Below, piece by piece: positions 34,971 to 44,037 of a DNA stretch of 44,312 bases. The notes below the pieces were generated by a model. It was not told where the DNA came from, did not search any database, and saw nothing but the letters and a program-made list of their open reading frames with translations. Every line of letters starts with the position of its first letter. The first letter of the stretch is position 1. The translations under genes were made by a program, and so were the position numbers. Source of the DNA: a virus (taxonomy: Duplodnaviria; Caudoviricetes); the IMG/VR virus record IMGVR_UViG_3300037424_000845, positions 1-44,312 of that record; one strand, 5' to 3'.

Positions 34971-37151
34971 CTAGAACTCATAGACGGTGATACACCTGCA
35001 CCGATCGCCACCTTGGCAATTCGGGTTCGGCGTGATGAACGCGAAGTCGAACGGCGCGTGATACTTGCGATCCAGCGCCTTGCACGGGCCGCATACGTTT
35101 CGATCCCGGAGCGCGCTGTACATGGCGCGTTGCGGCACGCGTCCGGCGATCCGTTGTGTTTCTGCGCCGAGGTGACGACCCTCGGCATAGGCGGAGTCGA
35201 TCGCGCGCTCGGCCGAGGATCGCAACACATCGATCGACATCCCGGCGAGGTTCGCGGCAAGCACGGCGCGCAGCGTCGACTCATCCGCACCGGACGGCGA
35301 GAGCAAGATGACGCGCGCGGCTTCGCGCAACAGCCGGTCCTGCTCGTCCAGCCCGATCATGGTGGCCAACTCATCGAGGTACTCTTCGAGCTGCTGCATG
35401 TCGGTCCAAATCGGCGCCTCGGGTCGATACGGGGCGATTCCGAGCCCGTCGCCGAGTCGCGGCACCACTCCGGGGCGGCCGATCTGTTCGCGTGCCTCAC
35501 GCGCGACTTCGGCGGCACCAAAGCCGGCCGAGTCGACCAGGTGCGCGATCAGGAGCGAGACAAACGCGTCGGGCATGTCGGGTCCGGACTCGCGCAGCGT
35601 CGGGGGATCCAAGGCGAGCGCCGCCGCGATGATCTCCTCGATGTAGGCGTCACGGGTCGGCGCCACGTCGGCGATGAAGAGCGCGGATTGACTTGCCATC
35701 CGTTCGTCCGCGCCACGAAAGTTCACGAATAGCTCGGAGTCAACGGCTTCGCGGTTCATCCCACCGATCGAGCAGACATGCGCGTGTTTCTTCCCGCCAC
35801 GCGAGCCACGACGACGACGCGATGCCGCTACCTTGACCTCTTCGTCGCCCGACGAACTCGCCTCGCGCGGCGGATTGGCACTGCGCTGACTCGGCGCGGT
35901 CATGCCCATGTCGATCCTCAGCGGCAACCGCTGCATCGCGCGAATGTAGCTTTCCAGCGCGGGATCTGGGGTGAGGAGCCCGGCCGCGACAAGCTGCGAG
36001 AGCGGTAGCGCGAGGTATTCGATGTCGAGGTTCTGCATGTCGCCCGGCCCGATCCCGATGTCGTCGGGCCAGGCACCGGGTCCGAAGTTGCGATCGAGAG
36101 CGGGATGCAGGACCTGCCGGTTGAAGCTCGCGCCAACCTCATCGGCCTCGGCCTGCAACGAGGTGATCATCATGTCGCGCGCCGTCTCGGAACTCGCACG
36201 CGCGCCGGTTTCCGTCGTTCCGAAGTCGAGGAACGCGGCAAGGGCCGCCTTTGACATCTGCTCGTCGTGGTGCTTGGCGCTGTCAAGCGGGTTGGGAAGC
36301 GTTCCTTCCAACCCCTCGGCCGCCACGGTCTGCCCGTTCGCCAGCACCATGTAGGATTTCTCGCCGCTCCGGGAAGCTTCAAGAACCTCTTCCATCGCGA
36401 CCTGCTCGTCCTCGCTATCGCCTTCGGCGAGCGTGCCCGTGAGCGGAGGGACGGCGTACCGGTCCTGGAGCATCCCATCGAACTTGTACCCGTTGCTTTT
36501 GTACCACCAATGCTGATGCATATGGCGTGTCAGAGGCATTCCGGTGGGGTCGTCGCCCTGCTGGTTGAAGGTGAAGACGGCGAGCCGGTCGGCTGGTATG
36601 AATTGCGTGCGCATCGTCTTGCCCCACCAGCCGAGCTGGGTGATGCCGGTGAACTCGTTGGTGTCGGAGTGGTTCCATTCCGAGACCGACGACTGGATGA
36701 TCTCCGCGAGGTCATCCAGCCACACGGTTTGACCATCGGTCGCGTAGACCTCCTCGAACACGGAATGCCCACACACGAACTCGCCGGTGGTGATGCGACG
36801 CACATACTCCTGCCACGACCGCTTGGGGAGTTTGAAGCAGAACGCTTCGGCGAATTCGCGCTCAGGCGTGGGACGCTTGCCAACCATGCCGCCCGCGATG
36901 TGCCAATTCGCCCGCATGATCGGAAGCGTGAGCACGCGAATGATGGCGCTGATCTTCGCGTCGCTCCGATACATTTTCATGGCCAGCTTTACACTCGCCG
37001 GCCACTTCCAATCCCCTATGTGCTCACCGGACAGGATGGATGGACCAAGCAGCGCGATGCCGGACGACGAGACACGCCGCGACACCTCAGGGGTAGATCG
37101 ACGCGCGATCCTGCGGTTGTTTGCGTCGTAGAGCACGATGTTGGGTCGCAT
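34971..37151 (-). CDS. Portal protein (DUF935/Mu-like) fused to a minor head (gpF-like) domain
   Basis: MYRSDAKI, GHSVFEEVY, DPTGMPL, RYAVP, HHDEQMSKAALA; C-terminal D.NVCGPCKALD...NCQGGDRCRC. Confidence 0.85.
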   Translation of the reverse strand: MRPNIVLYDANNRRIARRSTPEVSRRVSSSGIALLGPSILSGEHIGDWKWPASVKLAMKMYRSDAKISAIIRVLTLPIMRANWHIAGGMVGKRPTPEREFAEAFCFKLPKRSWQEYVRRITTGEFVCGHSVFEEVYATDGQTVWLDDLAEIIQSSVSEWNHSDTNEFTGITQLGWWGKTMRTQFIPADRLAVFTFNQQGDDPTGMPLTRHMHQHWWYKSNGYKFDGMLQDRYAVPPLTGTLAEGDSEDEQVAMEEVLEASRSGEKSYMVLANGQTVAAEGLEGTLPNPLDSAKHHDEQMSKAALAAFLDFGTTETGARASSETARDMMITSLQAEADEVGASFNRQVLHPALDRNFGPGAWPDDIGIGPGDMQNLDIEYLALPLSQLVAAGLLTPDPALESYIRAMQRLPLRIDMGMTAPSQRSANPPREASSSGDEEVKVAASRRRRGSRGGKKHAHVCSIGGMNREAVDSELFVNFRGADERMASQSALFIADVAPTRDAYIEEIIAAALALDPPTLRESGPDMPDAFVSLLIAHLVDSAGFGAAEVAREAREQIGRPGVVPRLGDGLGIAPYRPEAPIWTDMQQLEEYLDELATMIGLDEQDRLLREAARVILLSPSGADESTLRAVLAANLAGMSIDVLRSSAERAIDSAYAEGRHLGAETQRIAGRVPQRAMYSALRDRNVCGPCKALDRKYHAPFDFAFITPNPNCQGGDRCRCITVYEF

Positions 37152-38671
37152 CAGAACTCCCTCTGCATCAATCCAGCGGTCAATCGCCGCATGCTTTCGC
37201 GCGCGTGAGTCGCAACCCGACTCCTGCGCTCCTTCACGTCGTCGAGCGAATAGATGTTGGCGATGATGTGCTCGAACGCGTCACAGCCGTGCTTGGTCCA
37301 GTCGGACACCGGAACGTCGGCGGTGACGCGGCCCTGGTCATCGGTAGGGAAGACGCGCGAGGTGATGATTTCGTAGAACCGGACCGCTCGAGATTCGTCC
37401 AGCACGACCCGCGTGATGACGCGCTGACCCAACTTGACGCGCTCGGCCAGCGACAAGAGGTGCTTCGTGGAGAGCCGGATCGGCGTGCCGCAGCCGTTTT
37501 CCTTGACCCATTTCTCCGACAGCGACTGCAACCGGGAAAACCACGATGAGAGATCGGACTGGCGGTTTCGGCCCGCCGGGTCGCCGTGGTCGGCCGAGAC
37601 GGCGCCCAGCCCCCAGGAGTTCTCGGTCACATCCATCGAAAAATGCCGCGACATCACGGCATCGACGATTTCCTCGTCAGAGGAGCCCGTCATCTCCATG
37701 TAGTCGAGGACGAGGTCACGCAACGGCAGTTTCTGATACCACACCACAGCCGTCGGGGCTCCGGTGCCGAAGTCCCAGCCGCGGTACACCGGCCCAGTTG
37801 GGTCGTAGGGGTGGAGCTGCGCGAGCTGGGTTGCAGAGTCGAACCGATAGACCCGGCCCGCCACGGAGTGCTCGTAGGATCGGCAGATCTCCCGCGCAAG
37901 GTCGGTCGGGGTGAGTTGCGCGGCTTGCTCGGCAAACCAGGCGTCATCGTGGTCGGGGTGCTCGCGCCAATCGATCGGGATGTAGCGGTAGCCGCCAAAC
38001 GGAGGGTTGGTGCGAAACCGCAGGTAACCCAGTACGTTGTCCCGGCCTAGCGGCGTTGAAAGCACGATCTTGTTTTTCTTGCATGCCTGCTGCACCGACG
38101 CATGAACCGACATCGAGCGTGGGATGTGGGCGGCCTCGTCGAGCAACGCGCGATGCCAGGTCGCAGACGACCCGGCACGCGGGTTCGCGCTCTCACCCCG
38201 GATCAACGACCCGTTGTCCATGTTCTCGATCAACAGGTACTTGAAATGGAGATTCGGCTTGAGGTGACGCGGCAGTCGATCCCAGATGAACCGCACCTTG
38301 CCGAGCAACGAGTTCGCCGTCGACATGTCGCCACCGTCGTCGACGATCTCTTGCTTGCGCGACACCGCGAGGTCGGGAACGTGATCCTTGAACGTGATGT
38401 CCCAGAGCATCGTGCCCATGCAGATCCAGGTGAGGAGCATCTGGCGGGCTTTCTCGATCAACAGATTTCCGCCGGCCTCGAGCTCATCGGCGACGCGAAG
38501 GATGTAGGGCCAGTCGGGGACGAGGCGCTCTTCGGACAGCATGCGGGTTTCGTCAACGAGCAGCGTCACGCAGTAGTGGGTGAGGTAGTAGGAGAGCGAT
38601 TGGCGGCAGGCAACGTACTCAGTCGCCGCCCACTCCTGGAGGTCCTCCCTCGAGGAGGACTTCGGCGTCAA
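37151..38671 (-). CDS. terL: Terminase large subunit (start uncertain)
   Basis: EKARQMLLTW Walker A-like, LLDEAAH Walker B, LSTPLG coupling motif, GWDFG and HGCDAF nuclease motifs. ORF is open to 38947; TTG 38671 chosen to minimise overlap. Confidence 0.9.
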   Translation of the reverse strand: MTPKSSSREDLQEWAATEYVACRQSLSYYLTHYCVTLLVDETRMLSEERLVPDWPYILRVADELEAGGNLLIEKARQMLLTWICMGTMLWDITFKDHVPDLAVSRKQEIVDDGGDMSTANSLLGKVRFIWDRLPRHLKPNLHFKYLLIENMDNGSLIRGESANPRAGSSATWHRALLDEAAHIPRSMSVHASVQQACKKNKIVLSTPLGRDNVLGYLRFRTNPPFGGYRYIPIDWREHPDHDDAWFAEQAAQLTPTDLAREICRSYEHSVAGRVYRFDSATQLAQLHPYDPTGPVYRGWDFGTGAPTAVVWYQKLPLRDLVLDYMEMTGSSDEEIVDAVMSRHFSMDVTENSWGLGAVSADHGDPAGRNRQSDLSSWFSRLQSLSEKWVKENGCGTPIRLSTKHLLSLAERVKLGQRVITRVVLDESRAVRFYEIITSRVFPTDDQGRVTADVPVSDWTKHGCDAFEHIIANIYSLDDVKERRSRVATHARESMRRLTAGLMQREF

Positions 38672-39290
38672 CTGGTTCGACCTGACCAGCGGAAGACCCG
38701 CGCTTAGGCTTTTGGACCACAGTCCGAGCGAGCCGTAGTCGGAGTTCCCCGTAGTTGATGCAGAGTCCATCAGCGTCACCAGCGGGATCGCCGTCGTTGC
38801 CGAGGGAGACATCGAGCGCGTGCGACTCGACCGAACCCGGCCCCGATGCGAGCGCTTGGGCTGCTTTGGCGATACGGGTGATTTCTCCGGCATCCAGGAC
38901 CGCCTTTTTCTTCCCGCGAACCGCCCGCTCCAGCTTGGTCGCCTCAACCTCAGCGATCTTCGCCAGCCGCTCCGCCACCGCCACCGTCAGGGACCGAACC
39001 GATCGCATCTGCTCCGCGACGTTCAGGTCGTAGAGCGTCCGCAGGTGGTGATCCCACGCCTCCACGCGATCCCACCAACGGAACTCCGACGAGGCTTTGT
39101 AGAGCGCCGCCACCGCGACGCCGTAGCGCCGCGCCACGACCGTGATGGAGCGCCGACCCGGGTCGAGGTCGCGGAACTGGAGGAATCGCGCATAGGCGAG
39201 GTTCGACTCCGCCTCGAGCTGGTCCCAGGCCGAAGCCGGAGCGATCGAGCGATCCCCGCTCGTAACCGTAGCCAGGCCACCGTCTTCCAT
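38619..39290 (-). CDS. terS: Terminase small subunit
   Basis: WDQLEAES..AYARF..FRDL...RSI..VA and W.DRVEAWD motifs; directly upstream of terL. Confidence 0.75.
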   Translation of the reverse strand: MEDGGLATVTSGDRSIAPASAWDQLEAESNLAYARFLQFRDLDPGRRSITVVARRYGVAVAALYKASSEFRWWDRVEAWDHHLRTLYDLNVAEQMRSVRSLTVAVAERLAKIAEVEATKLERAVRGKKKAVLDAGEITRIAKAAQALASGPGSVESHALDVSLGNDGDPAGDADGLCINYGELRLRLARTVVQKPKRGSSAGQVEPVDAEVLLEGGPPGVGGD

Positions 39291-39530
39291 GCCCCCACCG
39301 TCCAGGGTGTCAAAAGCCCACGTCAGTGTCATAGGGAAGCGACCATTTCGTCGAATGTCAAGTAGATTCGACAGTTGCAAAACCGTGCCAGCGGGAGCGA
39401 GAATCGAGCGAAGCTGTAACGTGTTGCAGTGAATGTGTTTACGGTGACATTTACCCCGAAAATGGGGTGAGGCGTGAAGCGTGTTTTTTGGGGGCCCGCG
39501 AGGGGTTATTTGCCGGCCGTCAGAATATTT

Positions 39531-39588
39531 CTCGACCGCATCGTCGAGACTCGACCATGTCGTCGAGTAGGTCGACCACTACGTCGAC
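39531..39588. repeat. Three tandem 18-bp palindromes (STCGAC-N6-GTCGAS)
   Basis: CTCGAC-cgcatc-GTCGAG (39531), CTCGAC-catgtc-GTCGAG (39550), GTCGAC-cactac-GTCGAC (39571). Confidence 0.75.
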
Positions 39589-40363
39589 CAGAAACTGGCG
39601 GGTGTGGGTATTTTCAGCGATCCAAGTGTGTCAAAAGGTGTCAGTTAACATACTATGGATTATGCGCAGTATTATGCACCAATACGTTGCATCGTTGCGG
39701 GTGTTTGTGCACCGATCCGACCTGTGCAGTGCTCGCATGGTCAGTGTTCAGTGTGGCGTTTCGGTCACACTGTTGCATTCGTGCCACAGTGAACAACTGG
39801 GCAGTGTTGTAGGTATGCGACAGTTGTATTACTCCTCAATCATCTGTCTACCTCGGGACCGAGAAGTGGACCTCACAGTCCGATACTACCGACTCCAGTC
39901 ATGACATGACGCTCCCGTATCCTCGCCCGTGGCGTCGGGATACACCCTCTCTGAGCGTATATGCCATCGTGTCGATGGCTCGTGACGGCGTGTGTGAGAT
40001 CATGTCACTACATGCACACCCCTATAGGGGTGCATAGTGACAGGATCACCACGCAAGCCCATGGTACACAATAGTTTGCGCCAATATCGGGGCACGAAGA
40101 AAAGGTGTCATGACGGGACTTTTTGTTAACTCTATGCACACCATAGACTTAGAGCGTGTTTTTCGGCAATCCTGGCACTCGGGGCGTGAGACTGCCAGCA
40201 TGATCGGGTGTCGGCTTGAGGGTAGGGGAGGGTAAGGGGAGGCGGCATGCCACAGGAAGCCCACAGGACGCGCTACAAGCGATCGGGCTTCGGGCGGCTT
40301 GGGGGCGCGGGCGATGTCCCGATCGTGCGGTGGGCGCGCTCGCTGTGAGTGGAAGTGGGCGGC

Positions 40364-40396
40364 AAAGAGAAACCCCCCGGCTCGTGGCCAGGGGGT
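40364..40396 (-). terminator. Intrinsic terminator of the leftward replication arm
   Basis: Minus strand CCCCCTGGC-CACGA-GCCGGGGG followed by TTTCTCTTT. Confidence 0.6.
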
Positions 40397-40559
40397 GTGT
40401 CTCGGTGAGGGGTTGCGTTCGACCGTTGCCGAGACCGGTCAGGCTACCACAGATCAGGTTCCCCGCAAGAGAGACCGATGATCTCGTCCGTATCGACCGT
40501 CCGGCGCGTCACGAGTCAAGGGGTGGAGTTCGCCCGGATTTCGAGCTCGACTCCACCAC

Positions 40560-40637
40560 CTGTGGCATTTCTGCCACAGTGCAAAGTCGTGCAGTGTTTC
40601 ACGTGAAACATTCAGGCACTGTGGCAGGTTTGCCACA
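40560..40637. repeat. Two TGTGGCA-N4-TGCCACA palindromes flanking parS
   Basis: Copies at 40561-40578 and 40620-40637. Confidence 0.85.
40595..40610. promoter_or_regulatory. parS: parS centromere-like site
   Basis: Exact match to the canonical chromosomal parS palindrome TGTTTCACGTGAAACA, in non-coding DNA. Confidence 0.85.
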
Positions 40638-40660
40638 CTGGCCAGGTTTTCGCGCAAGGC

Positions 40661-41146
40661 TTATTCAGGGTGAGCGCGGGACTCTGGGTCTGGGTCCAGA
40701 CGTGGGTCCGGATCCGGCAGCCACCTTCCATCGGCGATCCACCTCGCCCGATGCTCGTTCGCCACCTTGATCGCCCGCTCCTTCGTCTCAGCCCAGAGGG
40801 TGCATGCAAACAGCGCCGGGAAATCGACACACAGACCGCCCCGTGTAAACGGCAGGCGTCTGTATGGGAACACGCTGCACTTCGGGTCCGAGATCGGACC
40901 CTCATCTTCGATATTCGCTCCACCCGCGCTATGCACGTCGCCGTTTTGCCTCAAGCGGATACTGTAGAGTCGGCAGCCCTTGGGGTGTGGCGGTACGTAG
41001 TCAACGTCGAACTCCAGGATGGGGTTTTCGTCGTCGTCATCCTTGGCGTACAGCCCCATTGCTTGCTCCGCCCGCTCCATCGTCGAGCACACCGCGCGGA
41101 CCCGGTAGTCGCTGTACTCACCTGTCGCCACCACGTAGACCTTCAT
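40661..41146 (-). CDS. Conserved phage hypothetical protein
   Basis: MKVYVV..GEYSDY.V.AVCST.E.A N-terminal motif common in phages; GAGGGG RBS. Confidence 0.75.
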   Translation of the reverse strand: MKVYVVATGEYSDYRVRAVCSTMERAEQAMGLYAKDDDDENPILEFDVDYVPPHPKGCRLYSIRLRQNGDVHSAGGANIEDEGPISDPKCSVFPYRRLPFTRGGLCVDFPALFACTLWAETKERAIKVANEHRARWIADGRWLPDPDPRLDPDPESRAHPE

Positions 41147-41158
41147 GGCACCCCCCTC

Positions 41159-42316
41159 TCAAGGGTCAATCGGATCATCCTCGATCAATGATGGGTCTGT
41201 CTCCAGTGTCGCGGGTTCCACGTCCGGGATGAGATCCCAACCCGCCCGCGCGCCGAGCTTGTAGAGCAACCTTCGCTTGTCCGGGTAGCGACGACGCTCC
41301 TTCAGCGGTAGTTTCGCCACCGCCGTTACCACCAACATGCGATCGCGCAGCATCGCGTGCATCCGTCGCCGAAACGCCATGTCGCCGACCTCGAAACCCT
41401 GGTCGGACAGCAGCGCGCGAATATACCCGGCCTCGACGTAGCTCTGAGAGCCGGTGGTGGTGCCGTTGCGCACAATCCCCAGGATGGCATCGGTGACGAG
41501 CGACGATTGCTCCTTCGCGCGGGTCTGGTAGCTCAGCGCGACGACCGGGGTGTCGATCTGACGCAACCACCCGCTCGGGTCCCGCTCCAGCCACACCGGA
41601 TCCATCTCGGGCGCATTCGTGCATTTCATGCACTCGAGGATGACGTTCTTCCCTTGGCTCGCCCTTCGCATCCGATAGGCGAGCTGCACGTCGTCGGCGA
41701 TCCTCGAGCCCCTCATCGATTGCAGCGACGACGGCCCTGGTGCGGACACCTTGACTTCGTGGTGGTTCAGCATCACGGCGCAGTTCGTTTCATGCCGCAG
41801 CCGGTGGAGCCGCTGCATCAGCATGCCCATCGAACGCGGATCCTTTTCGTCCACGCTGTGCAGCCGGTTCAGCGGATCGAGGATGATGAGGCCGAGATCG
41901 AGCGCGACCACCCACTCTTTGAGCTGATCGTAGACGCGATCGGTCATGAGGTCCTGGTAGCCGCCCGTCTCGAGCTGATCCTTTCTCACCACGTACACGT
42001 CGGGGTTTGGAACGCCGTCCCCGTTCATCGATGCCATCATGTTGACGTATCGATCTTGGGATGCGTCGTCGCTCAGCTCGAGCGCCATCACGCCGACCTT
42101 GGTCGGGTTGGTCGGGAGTCCGAACCACGGAAGCCCGTTGGCGACGGCATAGGCGAGCTGGTAGCTCAGCATGGTCTTGCCGACGCCGGGCAGCGCATAC
42201 ACCACCCCCAGGCCGCCCCGCTCCAACACGCGCTTTTCGATGATGCTCGGCGGGCGAGGGATGTCCATCTTGACGAACTCCCCAAGCCTGACGGACGCCT
42301 CCAGGATGGTGGCCAT
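41159..42316 (-). CDS. AAA_25 / RSF1010 RepA-like helicase
   Basis: Walker A ALPGVGKT, ALE motif, Walker B LIILDP, NHHE.K and MRGS motifs; GAGG RBS before MATILE. Confidence 0.85.
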   Translation of the reverse strand: MATILEASVRLGEFVKMDIPRPPSIIEKRVLERGGLGVVYALPGVGKTMLSYQLAYAVANGLPWFGLPTNPTKVGVMALELSDDASQDRYVNMMASMNGDGVPNPDVYVVRKDQLETGGYQDLMTDRVYDQLKEWVVALDLGLIILDPLNRLHSVDEKDPRSMGMLMQRLHRLRHETNCAVMLNHHEVKVSAPGPSSLQSMRGSRIADDVQLAYRMRRASQGKNVILECMKCTNAPEMDPVWLERDPSGWLRQIDTPVVALSYQTRAKEQSSLVTDAILGIVRNGTTTGSQSYVEAGYIRALLSDQGFEVGDMAFRRRMHAMLRDRMLVVTAVAKLPLKERRRYPDKRRLLYKLGARAGWDLIPDVEPATLETDPSLIEDDPIDP

Positions 42317-42371
42317 TGTTTCCTCTTGACGAAACCGCACACCTCGCTCATGTTGGTGCGAGGAGGAACCG

Positions 42372-42575
42372 ATGTACAAGGCCGACCCCAAGCCGGCGCG
42401 CGGACGGCCGCGCACCCGTGACGACTACTCAGAGGTGAACTTTCAAATCCCGAACCACCTGCGCGCATCCATCGCGGAGATCGCGAGGGATGAAGGCACG
42501 ACGCTGCACGAGATCTACAACCGATTCCTCAGCTCTGGATTGGCGCATTACCGGGCTCACAAGCGGGCGTTTTGA
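42372..42575 (+). CDS. Ribbon-helix-helix (Arc/CopG-like) DNA-binding protein
   Basis: GAGGAGG RBS; RGRPR arm, strand VNFQIP, helices LRASIAEIARDEG and TLHEIYNRFL; divergent from the helicase. Confidence 0.75.
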   Translation: MYKADPKPARGRPRTRDDYSEVNFQIPNHLRASIAEIARDEGTTLHEIYNRFLSSGLAHYRAHKRAF

Positions 42576-42586
42576 CACCCTTTGAG

Positions 42587-43012
42587 TCAGCGTTCCAGCC
42601 GACGGTGCTCGGTCACGTACTCCAATCGTTCGCCGCGTCGCTCATACTCGAAGTGGCACATATGGCCATCTGGGGCCTCGACTGCAACGGCCATCCTCTG
42701 ACCGAAAGCCAACATCCCATACAGAGACACCAGGCTCCCGTCCAGTACCCCACCAACGACCGGAAGGCGAGGCGGCATCTCGTTGGGTCTTGCCTTGGGT
42801 TGTGGGTCCGGCGTGGCGTCCTCATCGTCAAATGTAACGGCCCAGCTGATGTCGGAGCTGTTCCACCAACACACCGATCCATCTAGCCGCTTGATCTTGA
42901 GATACTTTCCGCATTCGTCGACCACGACCCTTTGCACCTCGAACTCAATCAGCCCTGTCAGGCCCCTGAACGATCCGATGCACCGGTCTCCAACCTTGTA
43001 TGAGCTCGCCAT
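42587..43012 (-). CDS. Hypothetical protein
   Basis: AAGGAGG RBS; YKVGD N-terminus; LPVVGGVLDG motif. Confidence 0.6.
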   Translation of the reverse strand: MASSYKVGDRCIGSFRGLTGLIEFEVQRVVVDECGKYLKIKRLDGSVCWWNSSDISWAVTFDDEDATPDPQPKARPNEMPPRLPVVGGVLDGSLVSLYGMLAFGQRMAVAVEAPDGHMCHFEYERRGERLEYVTEHRRLER

Positions 43013-43025
43013 CTCACACCCTCCT

Positions 43026-43757
43026 TCATCTGATGTGGCCCTTCCATTTCTCACGGAAGCGCGCTTCGTTCTCCGCCATGATCGCCGCGTAGTTGAACCC
43101 CTCGCCCAGGAAGGTCCGCGATCCAAAGTGGTGGATGAACACGCCATCGGCGACGCCGACTCGGATGTTGGCGAGCGCGGCACGCATGCAGAGGTCGTTG
43201 TCCTCGAAGTTCCCGATCTTGAATTGCTCGTCGAACACGCCGATTCGTTCGATCGTCGAACGACGCAGCAGCATGGCCAAGCCGATCACCATGTGGGTCT
43301 CGCGGATCGCAGCACCACGCTGCAACCACCGGTCGTTGGCAAATGCCTCGATCGTGAATGGATCGCTTTCGGTGTAGGGGACGAACACCGACTGAAACGG
43401 CGCGCACCGATTCGACACCGCGCCGATGATCCCGAAATCTGGGTTTGCCTCCAGCGCCGCGAGCAGTCGCACGATCGCGTATGACGGAACGATCGTGTCG
43501 TTGTTTAGAACAAGGACGTTCTCGCCCGTCGCGACCGCGATCCCGAGGTTGACGGCCGGCGCGAAACCGAGGTTGGTGGTGTTGTGAATCGCGATGACCT
43601 CGGGCCGCGAGCACAGCCGCTCGTAGGTGCCATCGGTGGACCCGTTGTCGACAACGATCGTCTCGAACGGCGCGTACGTCTGGATCGCGAGACTATCCAG
43701 GCACATCTCGGTATAGGCGAGTTGATTGCAAACAGGGATGACGATTGAGAGTTTCAT
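43026..43757 (-). CDS. Glycosyltransferase family 2
   Basis: LSIVIPVCNQ, IVVDNGSTDGT, NLGFAPAVNLG, VLNND, GVFDE.F..GNFEDNDLC.R motifs. Confidence 0.93.
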   Translation of the reverse strand: MKLSIVIPVCNQLAYTEMCLDSLAIQTYAPFETIVVDNGSTDGTYERLCSRPEVIAIHNTTNLGFAPAVNLGIAVATGENVLVLNNDTIVPSYAIVRLLAALEANPDFGIIGAVSNRCAPFQSVFVPYTESDPFTIEAFANDRWLQRGAAIRETHMVIGLAMLLRRSTIERIGVFDEQFKIGNFEDNDLCMRAALANIRVGVADGVFIHHFGSRTFLGEGFNYAAIMAENEARFREKWKGHIR

Positions 43758-44008
43758 GCCGACCCCGGCATGCGAGATTCCCGCGTCGTGATCCACTCGT
43801 AGTAGGCCACCGACAACGTGTCGTCGATGTCCTTGGTGTAGCGCAACCCGTACACGTTGACGATCCTCCGACCCGCGATGATGTGGCCGTAGTCCTCCGC
43901 CATCGGCGCGGGGATTTCGTGTGTGTGCTCGTGCTCCCACTGTGAGCCGTCGGCGCGCGTGAAAACGCACTTCCAGCGACGCGGTTTATCCTCTCCGTTG
44001 GTGTTCAT
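43754..44008 (-). CDS. Hypothetical protein
   Basis: GAGGAG RBS before MNTNG; ATGA-coupled to the GT2 gene. Confidence 0.6.
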   Translation of the reverse strand: MNTNGEDKPRRWKCVFTRADGSQWEHEHTHEIPAPMAEDYGHIIAGRRIVNVYGLRYTKDIDDTLSVAYYEWITTRESRMPGSA

Positions 44009-44037
44009 GTTCTCCTCTCGTGTGTTACACGTGAGGC

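Noticed and set aside
32364-35732. 1122-aa plus-strand ORF
   Set aside because: Antisense shadow of four same-frame, GC3-rich head genes; Arg/His/Gly-rich translation with no motifs.
31872-37151. Genome-wide TAG recoding
   Set aside because: Genes are full length under the standard code, and TAG falls at expected domain ends.
39531-39588. Mini CRISPR array
   Set aside because: Units are 18 bp and nearly abutting, with no spacer-length unique sequence and no cas genes.
41357-42421. 354-aa plus-strand ORF and similar overlapping ORFs
   Set aside because: Antisense to well-supported genes (here the AAA helicase) and lacking motifs.
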